From Bdellovibrionota bacterium (GTDB lineage Bacteria; Bdellovibrionota_C; UBA2361; JBIKUX01), in contig JBIKUX010000008.1 in the NCBI GenBank assembly GCA_044347345.1, positions 1-64,000 on the forward strand: a stretch of 64,000 nucleotides of DNA. The letters run 5' to 3'. The position numbers were made by a program, and so were the translations under genes. Shown one piece after another: positions 33,210 to 45,000 of the stretch; position 1 is the stretch's first letter; every line of letters begins with the position of its first letter. Below the pieces are notes generated by a model. It searched no databases. It was given only the letters and a program-made list of their open reading frames with translations, and had not been told where the DNA came from.

Positions 33210-33974
33210 TTATTCCCTCAATTTTTTAGACCCAAATAAACGGGGGAAGAAGTAAGGAGTACTCTTTTGATATTCCGCAAAATCTTGACCGAAATACTTA
33301 GTATATCTAGCTTCCTTTAATAAAGGAGCAGCTAAACAGTAACATGACCAAAGAACAGCGAGGAAAAGATGGTCGGCTGTCCACACTGGACTCGTCCAAA
33401 GAGTACAGAGAAACGCTAAGTATATCGGTTGCCGACAACACCGAAATAATCCTTTATTCGGCATACCAGGATATTTAGGCTTCTCTCCTGTAACAACCGC
33501 TAGCCAACCAAGAATACCCGTTTGAAACAAAAAGCCGGCATCAAAAATAGCCTTCCCCAGTAACATCCATCCCCCAACATATAGTAAACTTAACAATACT
33601 CGTAACGCTCCATGAGGCTCCCATAAAGTACTTGACGACGGGGACCATGCAAGAAATACAAATGCTAATTGTAGCCCAGCTATTAAGGTAAAGATGGTAG
33701 ATACTTCAAACGGATGAGGAGAAAGACGCTTTAATAAACCATGCCCCCGTTCACTAGCTAAATAGGAATGAAGAATGGGAAATTGAACTAAAAGACTAAA
33801 GTTAGCTATCCATCTCCATACACCAGATGCAGTACCATAACCGCAGTGTAGCCCATAGTACAAACCTCGAATCATCAAAACAACGCTAAATATATAGACC
33901 GCTCCGTTAACTAAGCCTAATGCTACAGCGGCTAAGCCCTGCCCAGTCGGAGCCCATTGTTTAATTTTTTGCAT
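33210..33974 (-). CDS. NnrU/nurim/ICMT-like membrane methyltransferase-family protein
   Basis: Multi-TM; HS.LA, GLFRCCRQPIY, E.R....FG..F.EY...TPYFFP. Confidence 0.75.
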   Translation of the reverse strand: MQKIKQWAPTGQGLAAVALGLVNGAVYIFSVVLMIRGLYYGLHCGYGTASGVWRWIANFSLLVQFPILHSYLASERGHGLLKRLSPHPFEVSTIFTLIAGLQLAFVFLAWSPSSSTLWEPHGALRVLLSLLYVGGWMLLGKAIFDAGFLFQTGILGWLAVVTGEKPKYPGMPNKGLFRCCRQPIYLAFLCTLWTSPVWTADHLFLAVLWSCYCLAAPLLKEARYTKYFGQDFAEYQKSTPYFFPRLFGSKKLRE

Positions 33975-34007
33975 AGGATAGGATTAAGTCAATTTATTAG
34001 AGTAACC

Positions 34008-34652
34008 TTAAAGGTGAGTAGGAATTTCAACCGAAAAACGCACTCGCACCTCTTTATCAAGCTTTGCTATTAGAATAGAAGGGTCTTCAACACCAAACTC
34101 AGCCCAATTTAACTTGCCCTTACCTACTAATTTTATTCTATCAGGAGCTACTCGTTTAAAAGTGCCACTAAATCTTAGCGGCTTTTTAACCCCTCGAATT
34201 GTAACAAATGCGTCAATAGAAGCTAGACACGGTTTAATTTCTGTAATCTCACTCAGCTTGCAAAGCTCTTTACTGTGCTCTCCGCTCACACCCTGCTCTC
34301 CACTAATCGAAGCTAACGAAAAATGTACTGAAGGATATTTATCAGCGGCCATAACTTTGTATAGCTCCCTATCTCTCATGCCGAGACCTGTTTTAAAGCT
34401 CTTTACCTCTCCGTCTATTTCAGCTCGAAAGCCGCCACTGTTATTCTCGCGCCATACCTCACCCTTAATTGCCTCTATAGAGCCACTAACTGTGTGCCAA
34501 GTTGATTCTACTTTAAAAGAAACTTGAGCCGAATTCTTTGTAATCGAAAGAGGTAAGAGGAACTCTTCTTGTGGATCTGCAATAACCGACCTGGAAAAAC
34601 CAAAAAATGAAGATAAAAGTATAATTTTAATAACAGTACTCACTAAATTCAT
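34008..34652 (-). CDS. YceI-family lipid/polyisoprenoid-binding protein
   Basis: Signal peptide; TGLGMRD, KYP.V.F, TIRGVKK, FGV. Confidence 0.85.
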   Translation of the reverse strand: MNLVSTVIKIILLSSFFGFSRSVIADPQEEFLLPLSITKNSAQVSFKVESTWHTVSGSIEAIKGEVWRENNSGGFRAEIDGEVKSFKTGLGMRDRELYKVMAADKYPSVHFSLASISGEQGVSGEHSKELCKLSEITEIKPCLASIDAFVTIRGVKKPLRFSGTFKRVAPDRIKLVGKGKLNWAEFGVEDPSILIAKLDKEVRVRFSVEIPTHL

Positions 34653-34699
34653 AATAAGTCCCTAAATTATCTAACTAACAAATGTAGCCAGTAATAAGA

Positions 34700-35410
34700 T
34701 TAATTGCATTCCGCTCTGAATCTGGTTGTAATCTCTATTCCAACCACATAAACCAACATCGAACCACAATTAAATGTTAAAAAAGCTGGTTGAGTAATAA
34801 TAAAATTGCTTTGCCCGTCCCTACTCCCCCAAACGAGTGATTCCTTAAAGAGCGGATATTTCAGTCCTTGAGTAGAGATATTAAGAGCCGAGCTAAACGA
34901 CAATAGCGAGACAGTCGTGCCTACGGGAATTTCATCTAACGAACAAACGACCTCTACATCATTTGTCGCGCAAAGAAAACATCCAAATCCTTCATCGTGA
35001 GCCAACCACAAACTAAAAATATGGGCATATTTATGCACAACTCCTAAATTAGTTGCAGCATGATCAAAACGGCCACCACTTATACCAATAATTATGACAT
35101 CAGTTAAGCCAGACCCCTTGAGGTAATCTAGGGTCTTTTCAAAATCCGTAGAATACTGACAGGGATTCTTGATAATCTTCGTGTCAGAGGCACAAATAGA
35201 TCGTGTATGATCACTCAGAGAATCTAGGTCGCCAATTATTACGTCTGGCTTTATTCCTTTAGTTACAAGACAGTTTGCAGCTCCATCGGCACAAACTACC
35301 AGATGCGCGGATGCACACAACTTGTTAACCAAAGTGACGGACGGAAGAATACCGTTTAAAACAACTACAGCATATTTTGAATAACGCATCAGAAAAGTAT
35401 AAAAATACAA
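34700..35410 (-). CDS. thiN: thiamine diphosphokinase
   Basis: CADGAAN, IGDLDS, TDFEKTL, GGRFDH, GLKYPL, SN. Confidence 0.92.
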   Translation of the reverse strand: MYFYTFLMRYSKYAVVVLNGILPSVTLVNKLCASAHLVVCADGAANCLVTKGIKPDVIIGDLDSLSDHTRSICASDTKIIKNPCQYSTDFEKTLDYLKGSGLTDVIIIGISGGRFDHAATNLGVVHKYAHIFSLWLAHDEGFGCFLCATNDVEVVCSLDEIPVGTTVSLLSFSSALNISTQGLKYPLFKESLVWGSRDGQSNFIITQPAFLTFNCGSMLVYVVGIEITTRFRAECN

Positions 35411-35430
35411 ATCAATTGTTGAGGATCATA

Positions 35431-37758
35431 TTAAAAATTTCCTTTTACACCAGCAAGAAAAGCTCTTCCTCTTTGTGGGAAGAGGTCTTTGGTGAATGAT
35501 ATATGATTTCTAATTTCCTCATCAGTCAGATTAGTCCCCTGTACAAAGGTTGTAATACTGGCTTTCTCAAAGGGAAACGTATAACCGCCCTCTATATTTA
35601 GTTGTTGGTATGAATCAGTTGGTAATTCAAAGGATGCTACTCGACGTTGCGCTTCAGCAAAAATCTGACTTAACTGTAAATTCCAATCGTTGTAATCATA
35701 GTTAAACCCTACTCTCGTAATGCTCGGAGGCATCCGAGGAAGCGGGTCATCCTCTACTAGATTACGACCTCGCACCAAATCAAATGAAGAAACAAAATCG
35801 ACTAAATGGCCTCTAAGGTTTACCAAGTTTATCTTACCTTCAATCTCACCGCCAAAAAGCTGAGCTCTAGTCATTTGATAAGCAAAGACGGGTAATTCAT
35901 CCTCCTCCTCTCCAGTAGGAGCCAAGTTCAAATAATCATCGTAATGCTGAAGAAATGCTGAGGCTGAACCGGAGAATCTGCCAAATTTTTTCCGTAATGT
36001 TAGCTCTCCGCCAATTGCTCTCTCCTTTTCAAGAGAAGAGTCTCCTATTTCAAAGGTGCGGGTGGCTGTATGAGCTCCATTAGCGAAAAGTTCCGCATTA
36101 TTTGGTGCTCGTTCAGAATAAGCTAGGGAAAGACCATAGACGAAAGGGTTGCTAGATCTAGCCTTATTAAATGATCCTGAGAGTCCAGTAGAAGCACTCA
36201 CTAAATGAAAATTTCTGTTTGAATAATTAATAACATGCCCCCTATCCTTCATCGTTCTAATAGAGGAATGACCATCTCTCTCACTCGTCCCGACACCCGG
36301 GTCAATGTTACTCCACTCATATCGTCCACTATTTTGCCAAACCAAAGACTCACCAAGCTCAAGCTCCTCTAATAAAAACAATGCAGGAGACGCTACTCTA
36401 CTGTCAGGCAAGTAAGCCTCATTACCGGCGGCTTGGAAAGATTCAAGATTAATCTGCAAACCTCCGCCCCCAGAAAGCTTACGTTGAGAGTCACCAATCG
36501 CGACAGGAGAGTGCTGAAGTTGTAGGCGAGTCTCAACTGTATCATTTTGAAATCTTGTACCTACCTCGGCACCCTCAATCTCATTGTGGCTATAGGTACT
36601 AACGGCTCCGTTAACTTTTATTTTATCAATACCGCGAGCAACATCCTTTGTCTCATTATGAAATGCTAAACGCCACTGATCTAGGTTAATCGCTACGCCA
36701 GGTTCATCCCCCTCATTCAATGAGGACGATCTAGACTTCAAAAATCTAAAATCTTTGGAAAAATCCTTATCATGTTCTTCATGGTGCTCGTCATGGTCAT
36801 GGTGCTCGTCATGATGATGATCTTCATTTTCACCATCTTCATGTCCTTCATCATGCTTGTGCCCATGGTGAACATGACCGGGAACTCCGTACTGAGACTC
36901 AAAATAACGGAGTGATACACCATAATAACCTAAAGAGTGTACTTTGGAGCCACCAACAACAAAGCCCTTACTGAGTGTATCACTATTAGGTAAACGACCT
37001 TTTATTTCCTCCTCCTCCTCACCATATTCTCCCTCCTCCTGATGATGGTTGTCTTCTTCATTTATTCTGTAAGGCTCAGACTCTGCCAGTCCAGGAATGG
37101 CGATATTTCCTGTTCGGCGATAAAATGAGCCGATACGCCACTGAAATTCTCCTACTTCTCCGGTTAAGTCAGCGCTTCCTGAAGAAAGATCACTTGCGGA
37201 ATCTCCCTTCTGGACAAGAACAGAACCTCTTACTTCCTCACCAATTCTCTCAGAGGGAATGTCATTATCGATAAAATTAACCAAACCTCCTATAGCAGAA
37301 CCTCCGTACAACAGAGTTGCAGGCCCCCTAACAACTTCAGCCCTTTCGACTAATGAGGTATCAATAGCTACACTATGATCATCACTATTAGCACTTATAT
37401 CACCAATTGCAACGCCATTATTAACAACTCTAACTCTTCCTCCTCCTTGCCCACGAATTACCGGCCTGCCCACGCCAGGAGCAAAAGAAGACGATCTTAT
37501 TCCCACAGATTCGTTAAAAATATCAGAAATATTTGATGAAAAAGAGCGATCTAAATCATCCTTTGTAATAAGGGTATAGGGCATATTATATGATTCAAGC
37601 GGCTTTGGAGCCAGCGAGCCACTAACAAAAACCTCTGTAGCTGGTGCCTCACTTGTTTTTGATGTCGTACCGCTCTCAGATCCTAACTCTGCATAAAGAG
37701 GGGGAACCCGAAACAAAAGAATACTAAAAACCAAGAAACTTGTGCTTAAGCCTCGCAT
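35431..37758 (-). CDS. TonB-dependent receptor, ZnuD-like with His/Glu-rich loops (start 37758 by RBS; ORF extends to 37776)
   Basis: RPVIRG, SDDH, VVRGPATLLYG, His-rich inserts, ELFANGAH, C-terminal F. Confidence 0.9.
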   Translation of the reverse strand: MRGLSTSFLVFSILLFRVPPLYAELGSESGTTSKTSEAPATEVFVSGSLAPKPLESYNMPYTLITKDDLDRSFSSNISDIFNESVGIRSSSFAPGVGRPVIRGQGGGRVRVVNNGVAIGDISANSDDHSVAIDTSLVERAEVVRGPATLLYGGSAIGGLVNFIDNDIPSERIGEEVRGSVLVQKGDSASDLSSGSADLTGEVGEFQWRIGSFYRRTGNIAIPGLAESEPYRINEEDNHHQEEGEYGEEEEEIKGRLPNSDTLSKGFVVGGSKVHSLGYYGVSLRYFESQYGVPGHVHHGHKHDEGHEDGENEDHHHDEHHDHDEHHEEHDKDFSKDFRFLKSRSSSLNEGDEPGVAINLDQWRLAFHNETKDVARGIDKIKVNGAVSTYSHNEIEGAEVGTRFQNDTVETRLQLQHSPVAIGDSQRKLSGGGGLQINLESFQAAGNEAYLPDSRVASPALFLLEELELGESLVWQNSGRYEWSNIDPGVGTSERDGHSSIRTMKDRGHVINYSNRNFHLVSASTGLSGSFNKARSSNPFVYGLSLAYSERAPNNAELFANGAHTATRTFEIGDSSLEKERAIGGELTLRKKFGRFSGSASAFLQHYDDYLNLAPTGEEEDELPVFAYQMTRAQLFGGEIEGKINLVNLRGHLVDFVSSFDLVRGRNLVEDDPLPRMPPSITRVGFNYDYNDWNLQLSQIFAEAQRRVASFELPTDSYQQLNIEGGYTFPFEKASITTFVQGTNLTDEEIRNHISFTKDLFPQRGRAFLAGVKGNF

Positions 37759-37797
37759 GAGTGCCATCCTTAACAAAAAACTCGCGCCGCATCTTAA

Positions 37798-37812
37798 TGC
37801 GAATTAATTGCA
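37798..37812. promoter_or_regulatory. candidate Fur/Zur-family operator
   Basis: TGCGAATTAATTGCA, near TGCAA-N5-TTGCA symmetry, about 40 bp upstream of the receptor gene. Confidence 0.45.
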
Positions 37813-37842
37813 ATAGCAACACATAGCAGATGCTAGAATTTA

Positions 37843-38694
37843 TTACCTTGAAGCTAACGTTGGGGATAAATCTTGAGTACCGGATTGAGCCTCACTCGCA
37901 CTGTCTTGAGTATTGTGGCCGATAGTATGTGCATCTTTGTCTTTGTCGCGCAGCGCACTTATGGTGCCCAGAGATGCGTTTACTTTTCTAAACGCATCAT
38001 TCCCTAAATAATCGAGAGGAGACGCAGGAGGAAGTGGTATCTCTTCTGCCTCTTTGTTGCGTAATTCCTCAGCCTCTTGATGAGTAACAACAACTTGGTT
38101 GTTAATCTCGTCAGTTATGGTCGCTATTAAAACTTCCTGTCTGCGCTGAATTTGATCTTGTTGTTTTTGTTGAGCCTCTTGTTTCTGCTTTTCAGGGTCG
38201 TTATCAATGGCACGCTCACCGATACTCTTATATTTTTGCTGTTCAGACTCTTCCTGAGGATTAGGTGGTGCGATATTGCCCTTAGGATCCATGCTCGCCG
38301 GACGAAAATCACGCATATCGGCAGCAACTAGCGGATTATGACGGTCTTCGCGAACAGTGGTTTCAGCTTTCACCGAATTATAAACCCTAAGGCGATGCAA
38401 CATTTCGCCCTTTGATAGCTGACCCAACAAATAGAGCTTCATGAGTCGGTTGGGCTCATACTCTCCTGTTTTATTCTCATAAGGATTTAGCTCCGCCTTG
38501 AAGCCCTCCTTACTGGAACTCTTGTACGATGCCTCTCCTAACTTAACTTCAGGAGACTTGCTGAGAGCTGAACGCAAACTGTCGGTAAGGTCTTTTGAAT
38601 CACCAGTTTTTACTTTAGCAGAAAGGAGATCTGTTCCAGACTCTCTAGAACTTAGATTAGGATCGTAATTTTTTTGTAAGTCAGATGAAGACAT
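37843..38694 (-). CDS. hypothetical hydrophilic, low-complexity protein
   Basis: 283-aa ORF, Ser/Gln/Glu-rich, no recognised motif. Confidence 0.65.
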   Translation of the reverse strand: MSSSDLQKNYDPNLSSRESGTDLLSAKVKTGDSKDLTDSLRSALSKSPEVKLGEASYKSSSKEGFKAELNPYENKTGEYEPNRLMKLYLLGQLSKGEMLHRLRVYNSVKAETTVREDRHNPLVAADMRDFRPASMDPKGNIAPPNPQEESEQQKYKSIGERAIDNDPEKQKQEAQQKQQDQIQRRQEVLIATITDEINNQVVVTHQEAEELRNKEAEEIPLPPASPLDYLGNDAFRKVNASLGTISALRDKDKDAHTIGHNTQDSASEAQSGTQDLSPTLASR

Positions 38695-39004
38695 AAGTCA
38701 GATATACTCACAAACTGGGGCATACCTTAAATACTTGGGCGACAATACTTTAGGTACCAATACTGATGGGGGAAACAATTTGAGTTTACACCAAATTGCT
38801 ATTGCCCTGCATTATAGCTTGTATTTATTAGAGCCCGTCTTTACTAGCGCCTTTATTATTGTGAACCTTGCCGATTTTTTCAAGAAAAATTATACTTTAC
38901 GCACTTTTATAAAAATTACTTTTGCGAGTCTATAAAATAGATCATGCTTAGAGACCTAATTGCTTCAATTTTAGTCAAATCGTATTAACTAAATTTCTTT
39001 CGAT

Positions 39005-42000
39005 GTGAACTCAAACCTCATTTTCCTTGGATGGCAAACCCCTCTAGTCAGATTAGCCGCTACCAAGGTGTTTGACCTTACATCGTCAAACACAAGAAAC
39101 AGTGCACTACGTAATCACTCATATAATAACGATGTGCAAGATAATCCCAACAATAGCAAAACTAACGAAGCTGCTTATTTGCGTTGTTGTGAAAATTTAA
39201 GCGAATCTGTGATTTTGGTACCAACAGAAAAGAGTGGTAGAAAATTTTTAGAATTACTTTTAGCCGAAAAAATTAAGAGTAATGCTGTACCCAAACATGT
39301 AACCCATTCGCATTTCCTTAATCCTCCCATTGTGATTACGCCAAAACACTTCCCACGAATGGTTTTAAACAAGACTTTCACGCCTACCAATAATATCTTG
39401 GCAGAGCAAAGCGGAAATATCTTGCCCATAGCATCAAACTGGGAAAGGTATATGGGATGGCGTAAAGCCTTACAATTAACCTCTACTTCAACGCTAAATC
39501 AGCTAACTGCCAATAAAATTGTGCTTAACACTCACAGTGAGCGCGTACTTGCTACAACCATTGCAGAGCTTCACACGACCGTAACTTGCAGTCTCCATAG
39601 TTTTAAAGATGTTTATCGCATAATCTCAGGCGGACTGATCTCAGATGAAGAATATGGTATTCCCGATAGTGAAACTGCTAGATGGGAGGCTTTATCGCAG
39701 ATTGAAGAGATTTATTTCAAGGTTTTAGCTGAAGTAGTTCAAAAAACCGACGAATTCGATGCAATATGCAGACTACTTAAATCAGAAATAAAAATTCCAT
39801 TTAAACAACTGTACGTTATTGGGTTAATTGAACAATCAAACGTTATTAAGCAATTACTTGAGTTACTTAATCCAACTCCAATCATTTTAATTGGTGCACC
39901 TGAATCATACAAAAATGCTTTCACCAATACAGGTGCACTCAGACCAGATATTGGGGCACAAATTTGCTTACCTTCCGAGCAATGTAAAAAAGTCCGGATT
40001 AAAACTGCAAGTAGCCCTCTAAATGAAGCAGAGTTATCAATTGCATGGCTAAACAACTTAGCAGCCAACAGTGAGAAGGATATTAACGACAAGCACTACG
40101 ATAAAAACAAAAATAACCAAAAAGCCGTCTTTGTATTTAATGATGAAGAATCTTCAGCCACCTTTACTCAGATTCTTAATATGGCCGGAATCCCCACTCA
40201 TCTAGGAGCTATTTTGCCATTTAGACAATCCCGTCTCGGTTTACTCACGGATATAATCGTAAAGCTAGCTGACAAATTTTCATCTGATGTTATAACTTCT
40301 GCAATTCGCAATCCTTTTATTTTTTCATGGATTAGCAGGCAAGTAGAAACCAACGCCGATAATCTAAGCATCATTTCAGCTTTTGATTACATTGCTACAA
40401 AGCATGTTCCAGACATTTGGCACCCAGATGCAATTTATCTTAGTGCTTCAGATAGTAACAAGGAAAAGAGAATATCACCGCAATTAATCGTTAAGCACAC
40501 GCTACAAGCTTTACAAAAGTTAATATCTCCACTTGTAGTTAACACTAAAATTTCGCCAATTGAAGCATGTGAAATTCTTTTAGCCATACTTTTTGAAATT
40601 ATCGAATCTGAGACACTTGACGCAGAAGAATATAGCGCATTAGTTCAACCTTTGATTAATCTAGGCAACCTTTTACATAATGCTTCTAAAGAAACTTTAG
40701 AACTCTCCTCATGCGCTGAACACATCGGAGATATTTTGCTATTACTTGAAAATTCAGCAGCTTTTCCTGTTGACTTACATGGCGAGGGTCTTGAGGTTAT
40801 AGGTTGGCTAGAACTACCACTCAATGACGCAACGAATGTAGCCATATCGGGAGCAAATGAAGGGCTTTTGCCAAAAAAGTCCGCGATATCTACCGACTCC
40901 TTTTTGCCAGACAGTTTAAGACGGCGCCTAGGATTACCCAACGATACTTCTCAACTTGAAAGAGATGCCTTTATCCTAAAGCAAGTATGCAATAGTCGTG
41001 ATTCAGTCTTGATAACAGCACATACCCGGTCTTTAAATGATACCCCAAGGCTTCCATCACGACTTATTGTACAAGGCTCTGCCTCACAAGCAGCACAGCG
41101 TTACCTTGAATTTTTTTCTCTTTCAGAAAATTCTGAACATACTCTGTCCATACCCAACGGTACCATTTTCGATGCATCGAACTTACTTCAGTGGCAAACT
41201 CCTCTCCCTGAAGAAGGGGCTGTTTTTTTACGACCACTTTCAGCGTCAAGCCTTAAACTCTATCAACAATGCCCCTACAGGTTTTATCTGAGATATATTC
41301 TCAATCTCAGAGGTTTTACCGACTCCTTTATTGAGCTTAGTCCGCAAATATACGGAAATCTTATTCACTCAATTCACTATGAAGCGGGCAAAAAAGAACT
41401 TAGTGGCGATGTTAGCCCTGAATCTCTTGAGACATTATTTACTGAAACAGGGGAAACAATATCAGAAGCTCAATTTCTTCCGTATCCGACTGTAGCAACT
41501 AAAGTACAACTAGTTCACTTAGCCGATAGCATCCTCGCTATGGCAAAAACTTTTAATACATTCCGTTTGCAAGGATGGAAGCCCTGGGCAGTCGAACTTA
41601 AGATTACCAGCTTAATCGAAAATATCCCGTTTTTAGCCGTTATAGACCGCGTGGAATATCATCAACAAACAAAATCTTTTCGGATTATCGACGTTAAAAC
41701 TGGCTATACAGGAGGCGGTAGTCTCAGTAAACATTCTTCTCTAAAAAAACGAGATGGTTCTTGGAAAGATATTCAGCTTCCAATGTATGCAGTGTTACTT
41801 AGAGATTTTTTAAAAGAGCAGAATGTTGAAGTACAAAATATTGAAAGCTGTTACCTGACTTTTTCATCCAACTCACATCCAATTATAATTAACTTCTCCG
41901 ATGAGGAACTTGATGATGCTCTCAGTTTCATTCTAACAATCGCTAAAAAAGCTCGTTATGGACCGTACATGCCTCCATCAACGTTACCATTCAATGATGA

Positions 42001-42022
42001 ATTTAAGAGACTTATAATTTAA
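39005..42022 (+). CDS. addB: AddB-like subunit with C-terminal PD-(D/E)XK nuclease
   Basis: NEGLLP, PSR, LSASSL..YQQCPYRFY, GNLIH, IDRVE...IIDVKTG, QLPMY; upstream of addA. Confidence 0.85.
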   Translation: MNSNLIFLGWQTPLVRLAATKVFDLTSSNTRNSALRNHSYNNDVQDNPNNSKTNEAAYLRCCENLSESVILVPTEKSGRKFLELLLAEKIKSNAVPKHVTHSHFLNPPIVITPKHFPRMVLNKTFTPTNNILAEQSGNILPIASNWERYMGWRKALQLTSTSTLNQLTANKIVLNTHSERVLATTIAELHTTVTCSLHSFKDVYRIISGGLISDEEYGIPDSETARWEALSQIEEIYFKVLAEVVQKTDEFDAICRLLKSEIKIPFKQLYVIGLIEQSNVIKQLLELLNPTPIILIGAPESYKNAFTNTGALRPDIGAQICLPSEQCKKVRIKTASSPLNEAELSIAWLNNLAANSEKDINDKHYDKNKNNQKAVFVFNDEESSATFTQILNMAGIPTHLGAILPFRQSRLGLLTDIIVKLADKFSSDVITSAIRNPFIFSWISRQVETNADNLSIISAFDYIATKHVPDIWHPDAIYLSASDSNKEKRISPQLIVKHTLQALQKLISPLVVNTKISPIEACEILLAILFEIIESETLDAEEYSALVQPLINLGNLLHNASKETLELSSCAEHIGDILLLLENSAAFPVDLHGEGLEVIGWLELPLNDATNVAISGANEGLLPKKSAISTDSFLPDSLRRRLGLPNDTSQLERDAFILKQVCNSRDSVLITAHTRSLNDTPRLPSRLIVQGSASQAAQRYLEFFSLSENSEHTLSIPNGTIFDASNLLQWQTPLPEEGAVFLRPLSASSLKLYQQCPYRFYLRYILNLRGFTDSFIELSPQIYGNLIHSIHYEAGKKELSGDVSPESLETLFTETGETISEAQFLPYPTVATKVQLVHLADSILAMAKTFNTFRLQGWKPWAVELKITSLIENIPFLAVIDRVEYHQQTKSFRIIDVKTGYTGGGSLSKHSSLKKRDGSWKDIQLPMYAVLLRDFLKEQNVEVQNIESCYLTFSSNSHPIIINFSDEELDDALSFILTIAKKARYGPYMPPSTLPFNDEFKRLII

Positions 42023-42048
42023 GCGATATAGCCTTATTAATAATTGAT

Positions 42049-45000
42049 ATGTGGTCATCATCTCACTCTTACGCTCAGTTGATTAAGGCTTCTGCTGGCT
42101 CTGGTAAAACTTTTCAACTCACCGCGCGGATGATCTCCCTACTTCTTCTCGGAGAAGACCCTTCAGCAATTTTGGCTACAACATTTACGCGCAAGGCTGC
42201 CGGTGAAATCCTTTCACGTCTTTTCGCCAAGCTTGCTGCCGCAACTGTAGACGAATCTGAAAAACGGTCACTCATAGACTCTCTCAAAAAACTTGACTTT
42301 CTCCAGTCCAATTCTGTGTCCAATGAAGCTCCTGACAATGCCTTACTACGATTGATAGCAAGGCAACACAAGTTAAATGTTTGTACTCTAGACTCATTTG
42401 TTTTGATGGTGGCACAACTTTACCATCTGGAAGGAGGATTGGTTGAGGTACCTAAAATAATAAGTTCTGATGAAGAGGAAAAAATTACCCTTGAAGCATT
42501 AAACCACCTTATTGAGCTTGAATCACCACAAGCAATATGTAGTGCGCTTTATTTAATTGAAGGTCAAACCAAATCCAGTTCAGTCCTTCGTCCGCTAAGA
42601 TCTCTCGGTGTAGTTTTAAAGCACACTCATGCTGAAATTAATGATTTATTATGGCAGGAGGCAAAGGAGACTCTTACATCCTCAACATTAAGCTCAGAGG
42701 ATATTAAAAAGCTAGTAAGTAGATTCTTAGAAACCCCCGTACCAGTCACTACACAAGGAAGACCAAATAGTCATTGGATTAAAGGCTGTGCGACACTCTC
42801 ACAAAAAATTTTAGAGAGAAAATGGCAGGAAGCATTAGGTAGTTCCATCATTAAGGCTTTGAGAAAAAAAGAGAGCTTTTATAACAAAGAGGCTCCGGAT
42901 AATCTGATTGAAGCGGCTTCACCACTTATTGACTATGCAATTCAGATGCTCAGATACGAAATGTATCAACGGGCACAAGCCTTTATCAGCCTGGCAAAAA
43001 AGTATAGTCAAATTTTGACTGGCATAAAGATGGGGAAATCCCTATTTTCGTTTGACGAGCTCACTAATCATTTGGCTCGTAGCTTATCGTCTGAGTCCCT
43101 CAATACAGTTTTTTTTCGTCTTGATACCGTTTACCGTCATTTAATGTTAGATGAATTTCAAGATACAGCCCTTACTCAATGGCAGCTTATTGCCCCACTT
43201 GCTGAAGAAATTCTCTCATCTGTTAGTCCAGAACGAACATTTTTCTGCGTAGGAGACACAAAACAAGCTATCTATGGGTGGAGGGGTGGCGTCTCCTCAC
43301 TATTTTCTTTTTTAGAGGAAAGTTACAAAAATGTTCTAACTACCAAACCACTTACTACTTGTTTTCGGTGCTCCCCAGCGATTCTTAGCTTTACTGACAC
43401 TCTGTTTTGTAATTTAAGTAAAGCCGAGTCAATAAAGAGTGTTCTACCACTCGCTAAGCCGTGGCTTGATAAATATTCTCTTCACACTTCAGCTAAATTA
43501 CCTGACGCCACCAGTGAATATAATGGATTTGTAGCAGTATGCACACTAAGTGATGATAAGGAATCTATTGCTTCATCTGGATTATTTACAATAAATGCCA
43601 TCAAAACAATTCTTTCCATTTATAACGATAATTTTATTCCTTCAATTGGGATTCTTACAAGAACCAATGAGACAGCTAGGTATCTTCAAGGCTTCATAAA
43701 ATCAGAAATAGGCGCAGAATCTTCTTTAAAAGATGTAATTAAAATTGGCTCTGAAGCTGGGGCTCTTCTTGCCGATATTCCTGCTGTTAAGTGTCTTTTA
43801 TCGTTTTTGCAATTTCTTGATCATCCTCATGATTCTATTTCTCGTTATCATTTAGCTACAAGCCCCATGCATGTTTTAGTTGGTACTAATAACTACAAAG
43901 ATGATAAAACTTTTGAGCATTTATATCAGAGTATCAGGCGCGAATGGACAGAGCGCGGGCTTGCCAACACCCTTAGAAACAGGTTAACCGTATTATTTAA
44001 AAGCCTTGATCACTCACAGTATTTAGCGCTTAATGCGTCACTCCTCATTATTGAAAATATTGAAAAGCGAAACTTTTGCTCCAGAACTAGCCCCTTCCAA
44101 TTCGCTATTCAAAAGGCTGCCTCTGAGGGGATTGCCAGCACTCAAGTGAGAGTTATGACCATACACAAATCAAAAGGCCTTGAATTTGATTATGTAATTC
44201 TTCCTGAATTAGACGTACCTCTTATAAATCTAAGAACAAGAACAGGTCCGATAATAACCCAGCGAGACCAACAGACCTTTTGTCCTCTGCGTATATTCCC
44301 GAGGATTCCGAAAGAATTAGAATGGCTTTTTCCAGAGATACCGAGTGCTCAAGTAAGGGAGCATCAGGAATTAAGAGCTTTAGAAGATTCGCTATCCCTT
44401 CTATACGTAAGCCTTACCAGAGCGCGTCTCGGATTATTTCTCCTTGATCAGGAAGAGAAAGATAATACTTCTCCAAATAAAGTGACATATCAATCAGTCA
44501 TTAAAGATATATTTGTCGATAACATTGACCCTCTCGACAATAAGCTGGGCTTTGTAGAAGTTCGGTATCTTGAAGGACAAAGGCCTGTTGATTTGCAATC
44601 GGTAGTAAATAAACCCATAAGCCAAAACACTGTGAATCAATCGATAGAGCCAACTGTGCACGAAGTTCAGCCTCCAAAACTATCGGTTAGTAACTTTGAT
44701 CAAAGTAAGTTTCTACCCCATCAACAAATTTCGTTACACATCAAAAATAAGTTAAAACATAAAAATTTTCTTAGTGAGCTGTCATTACTAAAGAGTTATG
44801 AAAATGTATTAAGAGCTATTGATTGGTTAGAGTTTGATAAGCCAATCATTTTAAATGATACTTATAGCGACATCAAAGAATCTGATAAGCCAAAAGTTTT
44901 AGATTGGCTTTCTCGTCAGGAAGTACAATTTGTTCTTAATTACAAACAATGTCAGAGCTATTTTTTTAACTCTTTTGAGTCTGATCTAATTTTACAAAAA

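Noticed and set aside
38735-38935. 66-aa TTG ORF and other short overlapping ORFs in the track
   Set aside because: No RBS or motif; most lie antisense or out of frame within confident genes
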